64,000 nucleotides of DNA from Thalia democratica (taxonomy: Eukaryota): contig OZ241826.1 of the NCBI GenBank assembly GCA_965202585.1, positions 70,432,001 through 70,496,000 on the forward strand. The letters are read 5' to 3'. The first letter of the stretch is position 1, and the number at the start of each line of letters is the position of its first letter. The position numbers were made by a program, and so were the translations under genes. Shown here one piece after another: positions 25,362 to 38,029 of this stretch. The notes beneath the pieces were generated by a model. It saw only the letters and a program-made list of their open reading frames with translations, was not told where the DNA came from and ran no database searches.

Positions 25362-27487
25362 ATTTGAGCATGAAAAACTGCACATGTAGATAATCTTTAA
25401 AAATTTATTACAGTATATATTTATTCAAAAATACTGAAAACTACTTTACTACAGTATCAAAGCAACTTAGTTATCAAAAAAGATCATGTCTTGTGTGTCA
25501 CTTAAAAATTATCATTAACTATCAAGTACATATTAAAATTTAGTACTTTAAGAATAAAATAAAAAAATTATTTACTAACTATATTGTTTTGTTCATAAAC
25601 GAAAATAGTTTTGAAATAAAACAAGATAATTGTTAAATAAGTAAAAGTGCTTTATATAGTTAATTTATTAGTTTATTTTAATGAGTTGTAATACGATTTT
25701 AAACTGTTAACACTTGAAAAAAAGCTTTTAATAAGTTTTATAAAGCTTAGTTTGCTTATTAAAATTAGTGTATAGTATTGCTTAAACAAAGCAAACAAAC
25801 TATACTTTTTGCCTACTGATTTTAATGTGAAGCATAAAAGCTTTAGAAGTTAAAAAGAACTAAAAATATATAAAACAAAGTTTATACTTTAAAGCTAGTT
25901 TACTTGATTTTGCAATAAAAAAAGAGGAAGTGTGCGTGAGGAGTTTCTTTATAACGTTCCATTATTTAAATTAATAAATATCGAAGATTAGACGCCTTAC
26001 TGGCTACTTAAAAAACTACTTTTTTACTTTGACACTGGTGTCACAATTCTTTTTTATATAGTCAATTTTTTACTTCGTTAAAACTCTTATGTTAGTCTAA
26101 AGAGACGAATAGAGTTTTAATAAAATACTACTGCAAGTAAATATTAGTTGATAATTAGTATGACTTTTGTTTCTCTTTTCAAAATTTCCTTATAGCTTTT
26201 TTTTAAACGTAAAGTGCATGACCAATATATTTAAATAGATTATCTTTGATGTGTAATTGTAAACCATTAAGTAAATATAATATTTGCTTATGTTTATTTA
26301 GTAACATGTTTAGTGTTATTACTTGTCAAACTTCTGCTTATTTTTGAATTTCTACTTGAATTTTATATAAATAGATGACGTAATGTCGTAACTAAGTTTC
26401 ACACTACAAAAACAATTTTTAACATTTTCCTTGTTTACTTTTTTTCTTATGTTTTTCAAACAAAAAAATACCAGCTGGCCCAAATTCCAGATTAATTATG
26501 ACAAAAGTCGTGTAAAAGCCTTTTACAGATCAAACAGCAGGAAACTAGTAATTGGGTGCTAAGCAACCGAGTTAAATTTGTCGGCAAATCACTTTCATCT
26601 TGATAATCGCCTTGTACCATTTAATATTGTCCAACTTTAACTTTACGGCCTTGAACTTTCCGACTCAAACAATATCAATATTGTGCAGCGGAAAATTAAG
26701 TATTTTTCAACTGGCAACAAGAAGTTACAAATTAAAGAATATATGGAGGCTGGTGTTTCTGAGTATAAACACGATTAGCGGCGCAAATGTGATTAATGCA
26801 CCACACATACACATGACGACGGGGCCTAAGGGTGCGTGCTCGCACAAACATTACGTGGGTGATTAAAACAAAGGTTTTCGAAGAATTGTAAAAGCTGTTT
26901 GTTATGATGAAGTGCACGAAAACAAATTGGTGTTTTATTTATAAATCGTGAAAGTTATAAATTTTTAAGTTAAAAAAAGTTTCACTCTGTATCTAACTCT
27001 TTATTTTTTTAAGGTTAAAGAAAACCGCCTTAGTAATTTATTTGATAAAATATAAAACTGCAGATTTTATTTAATTTTAAGCTATTTTTTTTAAACTAGA
27101 AAACTGAAAAACAAAGTTTACAAAGTAATATCTTTAAAACCAAAACGTTCTTTTATGTCGTCAAGTTTAACACATTCGAAATACCAATAATATTAGTTAC
27201 ACATTTGGATATCTATATACAATATAAAACACATATCATTTAATATCAAAATATTTTCCTTAGCAACAGTAAAGCTTGCGATTTTTGTTAAATATTTAGC
27301 AGGATAGAAAATATTATTTTAATGTTGCTAAAAACTTAATTTATTTCTGAATAGTTTAATGTAGGAAAACAATTAAATTAAATCCTTATTTTCTTCAAAA
27401 GTAAAAATACCAGTAAAACAAAAGTTCATAAATTGGTAAAAAAACTATTTGAAGAAAGACAACTAAAAAGTACCAAAAGTAAATATT

Positions 27488-28183
27488 ATGGATTGGCGTT
27501 TGATGCGTAAGATTGCTATTTTAATGTTAATTAACTTATGTTTTGCTCTTGCAAACTGCTCCGAAAAACTTCAAGGAAACAAGAAGCACGAAATCAAATG
27601 GGAAAAATGCACAAGCTCGAATTCCACAGAATCCAACTTGAATTGTTGCTGGGAAAAACACTGCTGCGTTCCTTACTGGATGACCGGCGACTTTGCGAAG
27701 GAGTATTCCGAGTTTCAAGACAACGTCGGCTACCAACGCTGCGAGCAAAAGTGCCACGACGACAAGAACTTTGTTGTCGAGGACGCGTGCGGCGGCGATC
27801 TGTGCTGCGTCATCACAAGGGGTCGCGATGACGTCATGAAGCGCATCGGAAAACCCGGCAGGGCGGAAAGCCTTTACACGTTTCTGATCGTCGGTTTGCT
27901 CTGCCTGGCCGCGTTTCTCTACGGGCTCGGGTTTGCGTGTGGTTACGTCATCGGCAGGCGGATGTTAATGAAAGCGGCGGGGAAGTTGAACTTGGAGCAA
28001 CCTCGGACGTACCGGCTGGCTTCCTCTTCTCTCGCGCCGGTCCAGTCCCCTCATCATCTGCAGGTTTCAAACGCCAAAAAACGACTTTCCATTTCGAAGA
28101 GGTCTTCAAAAAGCAAGCTCCAGAAGCCGCACAAATCATCGTCAAGTGTTGATCTCAGAAAAGACCAAGCAGTAGAAAGTTAA
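27488..28183 (+). CDS. Single-exon type I membrane protein with Cys-rich ectodomain, 231 aa, family unrecognised
   Basis: Uninterrupted ATG-TAA ORF with GC3-rich codons. Signal peptide (MDW...LCFALA), 11-Cys ectodomain, one hydrophobic segment (TFLIVGLLCLAAFLYGLGFACGYVIG) followed by RR, basic Ser-rich tail. AATAAA 13 nt after the stop. Confidence 0.85.
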   Translation: MDWRLMRKIAILMLINLCFALANCSEKLQGNKKHEIKWEKCTSSNSTESNLNCCWEKHCCVPYWMTGDFAKEYSEFQDNVGYQRCEQKCHDDKNFVVEDACGGDLCCVITRGRDDVMKRIGKPGRAESLYTFLIVGLLCLAAFLYGLGFACGYVIGRRMLMKAAGKLNLEQPRTYRLASSSLAPVQSPHHLQVSNAKKRLSISKRSSKSKLQKPHKSSSSVDLRKDQAVES

Positions 28184-28195
28184 GCAAGTTGTTTT

Positions 28196-28201
28196 AATAA
28201 A
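28196..28201 (+). terminator. Polyadenylation signal of the 27488-28183 gene
   Basis: AATAAA just after the stop codon, followed by T-rich sequence. Confidence 0.5.
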
Positions 28202-29568
28202 GCTCTATGCTTTCAGACGATAAAAAAAAAATCTTTGTGGTTATTTTATTAGGTTTAACTTTTATGTATAAAAATAAATTATTTTATGTTTAAACAGTGT
28301 TTAGAAATAGTTTTAAATCAAAAGAGCATAAAAAAGCGATGAGCATGTTGTCAAAATTTACCTGAGCATGACATTTTAAGTAGAAAAACAAACGTTTATT
28401 ACATTACAAAATAAATTAAACTTAATTTTAGCAATCTGGCAACCCTGCTCTTCAGCATCGTTTAGCGATTAGAGTTAAAGTTACATAAAAATCAACTCTA
28501 TATTTTTTTTTTCTTGGTTAATGTTGTTAAAATATTAATCAATTATAATACTAATAAAAGTTTGGCCAACGTAATAACGTGAACAAATATTTTTTCTTTA
28601 AAGAGGAAGTTTTACACATAGGTAAATACATCTGTAAATAAACCGTTAAACAGTACTGTACATTTATTGTAATTAAAAATCAAATTACATTAAAACATCT
28701 TGTGCAAGTAAGTTGTAACATTTTTTCAAAAATGCTAAAAAACTACAACTAATACATTATATAGAAAAAATAGAAAAATATTGATTTATTAAAAAAAAAT
28801 TAACGCAGTCTATTTATATTATTAATTTTGTTCCTAAAACGTCGCTATTTAGTTAGACTTGTTTAAGGTGATACAGCATCTTAAAATACTAAAATTGTTG
28901 CATGAAACATATTTCTATGCTTTTTTTAATGTTTGTTGTAAAGTATAGTTGAAACTGTTTTATATATTTTATGTTTGTAACTGAGTAACTGGTAGAGTAA
29001 CAAGTTTTGATACTTATTTAGAAGGTATATACAATATACGAAGTTTAGAAATACAAATAAATCTCAAAAAAATATTTCTTTAAAGTTAAAAATTGTTTAG
29101 AAAATTAAAATGTTTAAAAAACTAAAAAAACTAAGGAAACAAAAACTCCATCTATGTTAAAACTTTAGTAAGTCAGATGTTAATAACTTGTAAAGCTTGT
29201 ATAAGTATTTATTCCAATTTTGAGTATCTATTTTTATTCTTTATAAACTCTCAATCTTTCAATGAAACAAATCTTTGTTTCTATTTGTTTAATCACTTGA
29301 TTTCTAGTTCTAGTTTAACTAATAATCCTACAAAAATAGTTAATTGTTTTGTAGTGAGTTCAAACTTAATACTTTGTTGAAATGTAATTTAAGTTAATAG
29401 ATAAGTATGACAGTTTTTTAAAGATTTTCGAAAAAAAAGTTCAAAAACAAAATTAAAGAAATTTGGTTCTATACCTGAAATGTGTAAACTTTAGTTAATG
29501 TGAATTATCTAATTTATCCAATCCAGTTTAAAGCATCCAATTTATTTATATAAACCATGGAAATAAAG

Positions 29569-29735
29569 CAGGGCTTCTCAAACTAGTTTTTATAATTGCG
29601 CACTTGACAGAAAAAAGTATTAGAAAAAGTATTTTCCCCATTTTGTTAGATATCGTCCCTTCACTAGTTAATCACATTTAATTTTTCGTCTCCTTACTAT
29701 TTATTGGCGATATCGTCCAGTTTGGGGAAACCAAG
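29569..29735. mobile_element. Short hAT-type MITE
   Basis: Ends cagggcttctcaaact / agtttggggaaaccaag (CAGGGGTTCCCAAACT-like). Flanks aaataaag / gaacagag differ only by transitions. Confidence 0.6.
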
Positions 29736-32700
29736 GAACAGAGTCTTAGACAAATCTCTAAGTTAAAAATGTAATTGCAAAGAAAGCATTCTATAAGCAG
29801 GTACATCAAGTTAAAGGTAAAAAATCTAAAACAAAGATATCTATTCTTTACAAAAATTACTAAGTATTAAAAATATTTGCAAAGCAACATAAAAGTTTAT
29901 GAAAAGCTACAACATGTTATTTTCTCAGTGTGTATATGTTGTTCTTTAAGGAAGGAACACAACTTTTTTAATGTAAAACAATAGTTGCAAGTGTCACCTT
30001 TATTTTAGCTAAAGACATATGAGTTCTACAACTAATCATAGAAAGTTAAGTTTTGTATTTGTAAAACTTGTACAATTGACTTTAGTAAATGTTTAGGGTT
30101 ATTTAAAGGTTTAGGGTTAAGATAAATAAATATGCTATTTTAAATAGTTTCTTATTATTTAAAAAAATAAACTTCAATGCAATTATCATGTTCAAAAAAA
30201 AAAGTAGATTCGTAAATTCACCGAAATTATGTTTAAAAAAGTTTCTTTGAGCTTAGGTTAGTCTTATTTATAAATTAATATAACTCTTTAAATTTTTAGA
30301 TGAATGTTAAATGAATAAAAGCTAACAAACTTAGATATTACGGATCTTTATAAATAAACAAGATATAAGTTTTCAATATTAAAAAGAATTAGTTTAGTTT
30401 TTGTTCATGTAACATCACTTTTGAACCTTTTGAATTGATACAACTTTTGTTTTTCAATTAACGTTATCACAATCTTTATATGCTTATTGCAAAAAGTATT
30501 TAAAATTACTGTTAGAAAAAATATTACTAGATTATTCAGAACAAAAATTATAGTTTAATATTCTATAAATATGCATATTAATGAGTTTAAAAATAAAAAC
30601 TGAAAAATTAAGACACTAATCTTGATAAACGTAAAAATCATGTTTCGTAGAGTGAATTGTATGCAAATAAAAAATTAATAAACTTTCATTTTTAAACAAA
30701 GTATCACAAACTGATTAGACTTAAAAAGCTTTTATGAAATTGATTAAAGTAAATACAGTTGTTGTTTAATTTATCACTAGCTTGAACATAAACGAAATCA
30801 TGATCGATATATAATCTTCAAACATGATGACGAAGTTTGGTACAGTTTAAAAGATTAGTTTTAATGTAAATTCTTGTTAAAATCAAAAGGCCCTTTTGAT
30901 GATACCGACCTCACAAAAGCGCTTAATCAAGTCAACCAAGTATGTAATAAGTTATGCGGCCTGAAAGTTGCAATTTAGCGACCGGCGGCTAGTTTATGTC
31001 ATAAACCTGTTGTGTTGAACAAATTACAAACACGGTAAATTTTCCATGACAAAAAGTGTTGCAACCTAAAATACGTAATGTTTGTATTTACAAAGTAACT
31101 TTAAAAGTAATCCATCTTTTATTAAAAAATCCAGTATATACTAAACATTTAAATTTCTAAAATAGTATTTAATCAAAAAACTAGAAAAAATAGTCACGTA
31201 GACATTAAAGAACTTCAAGCATAGTTTAAGAAAGCATTTTAGTATGATATATTTCGTGTTTTTTATTAAACCAAAACCTACCATTTTGAACTAGAAATAA
31301 CCATTTCTCGTCCATTTATGATTTTAAAGTTACGTAATTAAGCAATTCTTTTCGACTCACGTAATATTTTACAAGCACAAAAGAATTTTTTTACATACAA
31401 TGTTTTACTTAAACTCGGAATTCTCTTTCTAGGATTATTTATACGAGCTATAACTCTTTTCAAGGTTTCTAGTGAAATATTATCTTAACTAGCTTATGTA
31501 TATCCTGCTTTTTATACGACCAAATTGGCTTATTCGGCAAAAAAGGGCTATACATTATTCAATTTTCCTTGTAACACAAGAAAATAAAATTTGTACACTT
31601 ATGTTTGGCTTTTACATAACTTATTTAGTTGACAAACTGTAAACATATAAAGTTTGAAGTAGTTCAAAAGCCCGCATACTTTTTATCGTAAGCTCATGAG
31701 ACGGAGAGGCTTCGGCTATAAATCAAGACCAAAGCAACTGAAGCACTGCTGCTTTGATGATGAGTAAAACGCAATAAAGCAGTTCTTTTGTTCCAAAAGT
31801 GTTTCGCACGAATCTTGACATTCATTGGCTCACGTGACCGCCTGCATGCTGTTTGTGCACCTGCGCCGAATAGATGATGCACAAAAGCATTTGATTTATC
31901 GTCGTCACATCTCAGCTATTTCAAGAGTTCGGCTCGGGTTTCAATGAGAGCCTCACGGCAATAAGTGACATCTTCAAACGCGTTTTTCGATGGTGCACAG
32001 TGAACTTAGTATTGCTTCGGCTTTCTTGGAAGAGTTGTTTTAAGGGTATTAGATGTTGCGTCAGAAACTTTTGTGTTCTCTGAACCTGCTTATTGTTTTA
32101 TAATGATTATATATGTTATTTGATCCTTTTTAGTATAAAAAAAGTCGATTTGATAATGATAAAATTTTCAAACAGTGTATAAGTAAAAATATTGCTGATC
32201 GAATTTTAACTGATTTTTTAAAACTAAAATATAAAAGTGTTTAGTTGTTTACTTAAATTTAATTGTATCTTTATTTAATGCAGTGACTAGCATTTAAAAA
32301 AAAAACTTTGCGCATAAAATATAAAGTTATAAAATATAAATTAATTTTATAAAAATTATAACTCTACCCGGAAATATTTCTTTAAAGTTAATGTATTGAA
32401 CATTTATTTACAAGTTACTTTTGTAAAGTAAAATTACTCTAAAATAGATCTTAAGTTAATTTTTATCAACTTATTACAAAATCTTATAAATTGTATTTAA
32501 CAAAATACTCAAGTCCTAAAACTAATAAACAGTTAGTTATAGTTGTATTTCTTAATAGTGTTAAGACGTTTAAGTCTAATAAGAGTTTCAAAAGTTACTT
32601 ATTAAAATCATCTCGTACTAGATTAAAATTAGCGTTTTAAGTTTTGTAAACCCTGAATAAACCTTGTAATAACAATATGCCAAAAATGGCCTTTAAGTTT

Positions 32701-33719
32701 AACAAGGCTTCTTCAAATATTATACTATTTTCCCTTGAATAATTTCATTCTCACAATATATGATTAAGCTTTTTGTTATAAACAATAGTAGTATGTACTA
32801 AGTATAATTGATACAATTAAAAAAGGTTTTAATGGCTTAATACTTTTTACAGATATTTTTGAAGTTTAAAAAATTCTCAAGATATAAGTTACAAGAAACT
32901 AACAAAAGTTTTACTTTTTAATTAAATTTTATATTGTATTTGTAGAATATAAAAACTATACTTTTTTAGTTAGACGTATTGATTACTTTTATGATTGTTG
33001 TTGTACGAAGTTTTAGTTTCAATATTTCGAGTAAGTAGTTTAATTGAATTTACTATGTTTTTATCTAAATGCTAATACGAAAAATAACTAGTGGTTTTAA
33101 AAGCTTAACACCTTGGAATTTTTGTGTTTCTTCCAAAACTTCTATTAAAAAGTTATTATACATATTACGAAATGTTTTTTGTCATTGAGTTATAGAAAAG
33201 ATCATAATTTATTTATTTTTTACTACAGCACAAATAAATGTTAAATATGCCGCACACTTCGTTTTAAACTCTTTTAATAAGCAGACTATTACATTAGATC
33301 GACAAAAACCAACCAATACCATAACGATAATAACAATCAATAGTTAGATAGAATTTAATTTACTTCATGTAAATTTTGTCTATGTTAAATGAAATAAAGT
33401 TTTGAACACATAATATACGATTTGATAATAAATTACTTTTACCCACTAACAGTATAATGAAGCTGTGATCTTTGAATACTGCAAAGAAATTAAGTTTGAT
33501 TTTTAAAAGTACTATATTTTCAAACATTATAGTTAATATGAAAAAAATGAATACAATGTTTCATCTTTAAATGAATAAATATAATTTTAAAATAAGCCAA
33601 AAGGAGAGGTAAATAATTTTATTTTTCCTAAATAATTTTCTTACATAACTTTAGGAAAATTAACAAAAGTTGCACAGCTGTGTATTTAGAACAATTAGTT
33701 CAAACAGTCTTGTTTTATT

Positions 33720-34380
33720 CAATTATAAAACGCGCTAATACCCGCAACCAAACCGACTTAGCACTTCTGAAAGCGGTTTTTGATTTCTTGTCACCGTGCC
33801 ACCTATGATTAAATGCACAGCAATAGTAGATCATCATTAAGTGCCACTTAAATAAAACTTTCACCGTTTCGTTGCCAACTCATGCTAATGCCAGCAACTT
33901 TCAATACTTGCTGCCGTGCGTTGAGAGCAGCTTGATTTAGCTCCATGCTCGCGAACAATGCAACTTAATTAACTATGTATTGTGGCCGTGCGCGCATAGC
34001 AGGGTTTATGACCCTTATCGCTTTATCATTAAAACTGAATTAGGTAATTGTGCTGTGTGGAAGACAAAAGAATTTTCTTATGCCAGAGAGCGAAATCGCA
34101 GTGTAAACTTTATAGAATTTTGATTAACGACGTGTATTAGCCTGACAACTCGGCCCGCCGCAGCTTACCTAGGTGTGCTGTTTTAATTTATACAACTTGA
34201 TGTATACGGGCGCTTTGTTATTGAAACAGAAATTAACGCTTCCGCGAGAAGTACTCTGAAATCGACTTTCTTTTTCGCATTTGCCTACTGAGTGTGACTA
34301 AATCGCAGTGCACGTGTTTGGTTGTAAACAAATTGCATGAATGCTAATACTGTTGCTTTGAGCACTTCCGCCGAAAATAC
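33720..34380. promoter_or_regulatory. Candidate enhancer (GC-elevated non-coding island)
   Basis: No ORF, no repeat structure, high complexity. Contains homeodomain-type (taagtgccactt, tttatga, taatta) and Fox-type (gtaaaca) motifs. Confidence 0.4.
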
Positions 34381-36237
34381 ATGTTTATTGTTAAATAAAT
34401 AAAAGTAATAGTATAAGTGTATGTTTATTATATTACCTACAACAAAGTAGCTTCATTTTTTTCAAGCTATTAGAAACTGTTTTTGTTTGAATAATTGTTA
34501 GACGTGTTTTATTGTACTGGCTTTCACCAAGGTAAGTTTTGCTTGTGTTAGCATGAGTAAAGTGTTCTAAATAGAAAAGATTATAAACTTGAAAAATATG
34601 ACTGAAATAGTGAATAGACAAGTTATCATATAAGGTCAACAAACACCAGGAATTTTAACAATTTCTTGTTTTTGACACTTTTAAAAACAAAATTTAATAA
34701 AAAGAAAAACAAATTACAGTTAGTAAAAAATTCTTAGAGTAATTATCTGTTTTTCGTTAAACAAACAACCTCGATTGTTTAAAACTTGCTAATTTGTATT
34801 TTTGAGCAGTTTCTTAAAAACAAGTTTGAACTAATATACTTTTAATATGTTTATAACTTTTATTAAGGTTGTTAAAAAAATCTATAAAAGTCAAGTAAGA
34901 GACACTACTACCTTTTATTGAGCATTATTTAATTGTGTTTTGGTTGCTAATTTTAAGATTTAATGTTATAGAACTATTTTTTGTTTTTATTGCGTTTATT
35001 TTAAAATATCATAGTTTAAAAGTTTGCGTTGTTTTCATTTGTAAATTGATTTAATTTTAGTGTTTTTAACCATAAAAGATTTTATTTATTGAGTTATGCA
35101 GACCTTTATTTAGTTTTAGTTACTTAACTGTAAATGTACCTGATGTAAAATTTAATTTCAAAAACAACATTAAACTTTTACCTTCATGAAGTAAGTAGGT
35201 AGAAAACAAGACAAATGAACAAGCGAATGATATATTAACCCAAGTTTGTGTTGTACACCAAACAGTAATCTTTCATTTCAATTTAAGTAAAAAAAAAGCT
35301 AAAGGCAAAAGCTGCCTTGGCACTGAAATATGCTGTGTTTGTTCCGAAATCGATTAATGAATTTTTAGTAAACTTTAATAAAACTTAGACCTCACAAGCA
35401 CACATTGATTGACGTGTTATCATTGCACCCAATGTTTCATACACACAGAAAATCACCGAGCACTTCCATTATTAATTGACCGAGGTTTTTTTGGTTGTTA
35501 CAGTTTAATGTGCGCAAAACATTTTTAGTTTTTGAACTATGCTCACGTCTAACCAGTCTTATAGTCAAGAGCAAAAGTAGTTTTAATTACCAATACTTTG
35601 ATAGTGACAGAAATGTCTAAAAAAAAATTTATGTTTTAATATTTTTAAAGACTTTCTGATAAAGTTGATACTTAACGGTAAAAGTTTATACTTTAATTAA
35701 ATTAACAAAATATATAAGGTTTTCTGTTTTGTAATCTATAGGATATAGTGATGCTACGTGCTTATGAGATTATTTGTTGAGCTAAATTTTACTAAATTAT
35801 TTTCTAAACATTTTTCTCCTAAAATAGTATGCCCTGAGGATATCAAATTGTTTTAATTTAAAAAGCAATCAAGTTTTTACTATAAATTACACTTACATTA
35901 CGTTAAACTTTAAGAGCTAATTGATATACACCTTTGTAAGTAGCGTTACTGCTTATTATTTCTAGCACGTATAAGTTGAGTCTTAACCAGGTTATTTGTC
36001 TAAGTTAATCTTAGCTACTTGAGAGATCTGTGTTAATTTGAGTTATTTTAGTTTTGTTTTAGTTTGAAGTTAAAGTGAAATTTATTTGAAATTCACTAAA
36101 AATTTGCTTTTTGTTTCGAGCTTGATGAAATTCGAATTATTCTACAACGCTGATCAAGTGTTTATTTATGCTTGAAATCGGCATTTTTGCGCAACTGTCA
36201 CTTCTCTAAACAAACCTGACAACGATACCACATTAGA

Positions 36238-36251
36238 GTTTCCATGGTAAC
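36238..36251. promoter_or_regulatory. RFX X-box motif
   Basis: GTTTCCATGGTAAC fits the GTNNCCATGGNAAC palindromic X-box consensus and sits in a GC-elevated island. Confidence 0.5.
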
Positions 36252-38029
36252 TTAGCAATCTGAAATTTCAAAGGTACAAAATAAGAAGAATAAGAATAAG
36301 TAAGAAGAAGAATGTGGGAACAAATAGCATATATAGCTTTTTTAATGGTTTTCAGTTTGGTTGTATATCAAGTTTGAGGAGATAAAAGTTGTAAATAACT
36401 TTTTCAATAAACAAATAAGTTAGTATGAAGTTAGTTGAAAGAACATATTTAACATTATAATAAAACTAAATATAGCTTAAGTGATTGTCAAAGTTATTTA
36501 TTTAGCAATAATTAGTGATAAAATACTGATACATTACTTTTTATTATTTATTTAGTAAAGATTTAACAAAAAAAGACTATGTGAAAGATTTTATATTTCA
36601 TCAAAATAAATTTTGTTAAGAAAAACAGTTTATAATTTTTTTTTCCTGAGTTTTATTAAACGCAAAACTTTGACCTCAAATAAACTCAAAACAACAACCG
36701 TGGAAAGTGTATTTAAGTCACGTCATTATCGTAATCAGAAAACCGGAAACGGACAATAGTTCGATAGGCACCCGAGCTAAGTAGGCCGGCGATTTGCTTT
36801 CATCTTTTTAATCGCGTTGGTAGGCCTTAAACTGTGTGACGTTAATATTTTTATTGCTACTTTGATCGCTCTAATCTGGACAACAATAAACACAAGAAAA
36901 TTGCTTGGGTGATGCGCTTTTGGCTAAAAATAATTATAATGTAAATTACTAGACAGATTAGTTATTTTTTAGGACATTATCAGCCTATATATTGTGAATT
37001 AAGAGGAAACAAACATTACAACTATTGCTTTTTTATGAACTATGTTTAAATTTCAAAAAATATTTTATTATATAAAAAAATATTTTTTATAAGTTTTGAT
37101 TTTAAGTTTGTTAGCATAACTGAGTTGTTTTTCACTTTTTACTAAGATTAACTTATAACTTATTTAAGTTCTATACTAAACTTTTCAAAAGACTGTTAAT
37201 GACATCATTAATATTAAATATCATTTTTATATAAATAAGTAAATTTATACAAACTTTATACTAAAATTAAATAAACTTAGAAACACATTATGTTAAAAAA
37301 TAACTTTCTTTAACTTTCAAGTTGTAGAACAATTGTATCCAAATTGTATTTATTTCTAGTTTTTGTGTTTTAATTACAATTTGTGTTACTTTTATTTGTT
37401 TAATCACTGAACTAATTGCAACACTAATTTACAAAAAGGGGCGTAAAGTATTATTAAATCTTATTTTTAAACGCAACTAAAATAAAATACTTAATAATAA
37501 GTTTGACTTGTATACAAAACTACAAATTAAAATCGATTAAAAAAAATTTGTATATAAAACAAAAGTAAATGGTGTTTTCCAAAATTTAAAAACTTAAAAA
37601 AAATTTTTTTATTAATATGCAAAAGTATTATCAATCTTTTTACCGTAGAACTTTAAATAGTTTATATTAAAATAGATCTCTTAAAAATTTAAAATCTTTG
37701 TAAATTTTTTGAATGTAGAAGTTTAGAACATAATTAGAGTAATATAGAATTAAGTAAGAAATTAAACTAAAGAAAAGTTAAATTGAAAATATAAGTTGAG
37801 TATAACTCGTTTAAGTGAAAATTATAAAAAAAAAACTTTATTTTTCGCAATAAAATGGTGTGTTTAAATTTATAATGGTCTTTCAATAAATGATCGTTTA
37901 AGTGTGAAATTAAATTAAACCCGACGTTTATATAAACTTTACTATAGAAAAATATTGAATCGAGCACGCAAAGAACTTCTAAATTTAAGCTTTCCATGGC
38001 TTAAAGCTCACAGCAAAACTCATTTAAAA

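Noticed and set aside
9747-26917. Numerous 60-90 aa F/L/K/I-rich ORFs in the ORF track
   Set aside because: Expected by chance in AT-rich DNA, with no coding-like GC3 and no splice context.
28344-28447. Possible mini hAT element ending ctggcaaccctg
   Set aside because: Only one convincing TIR and no TSD.
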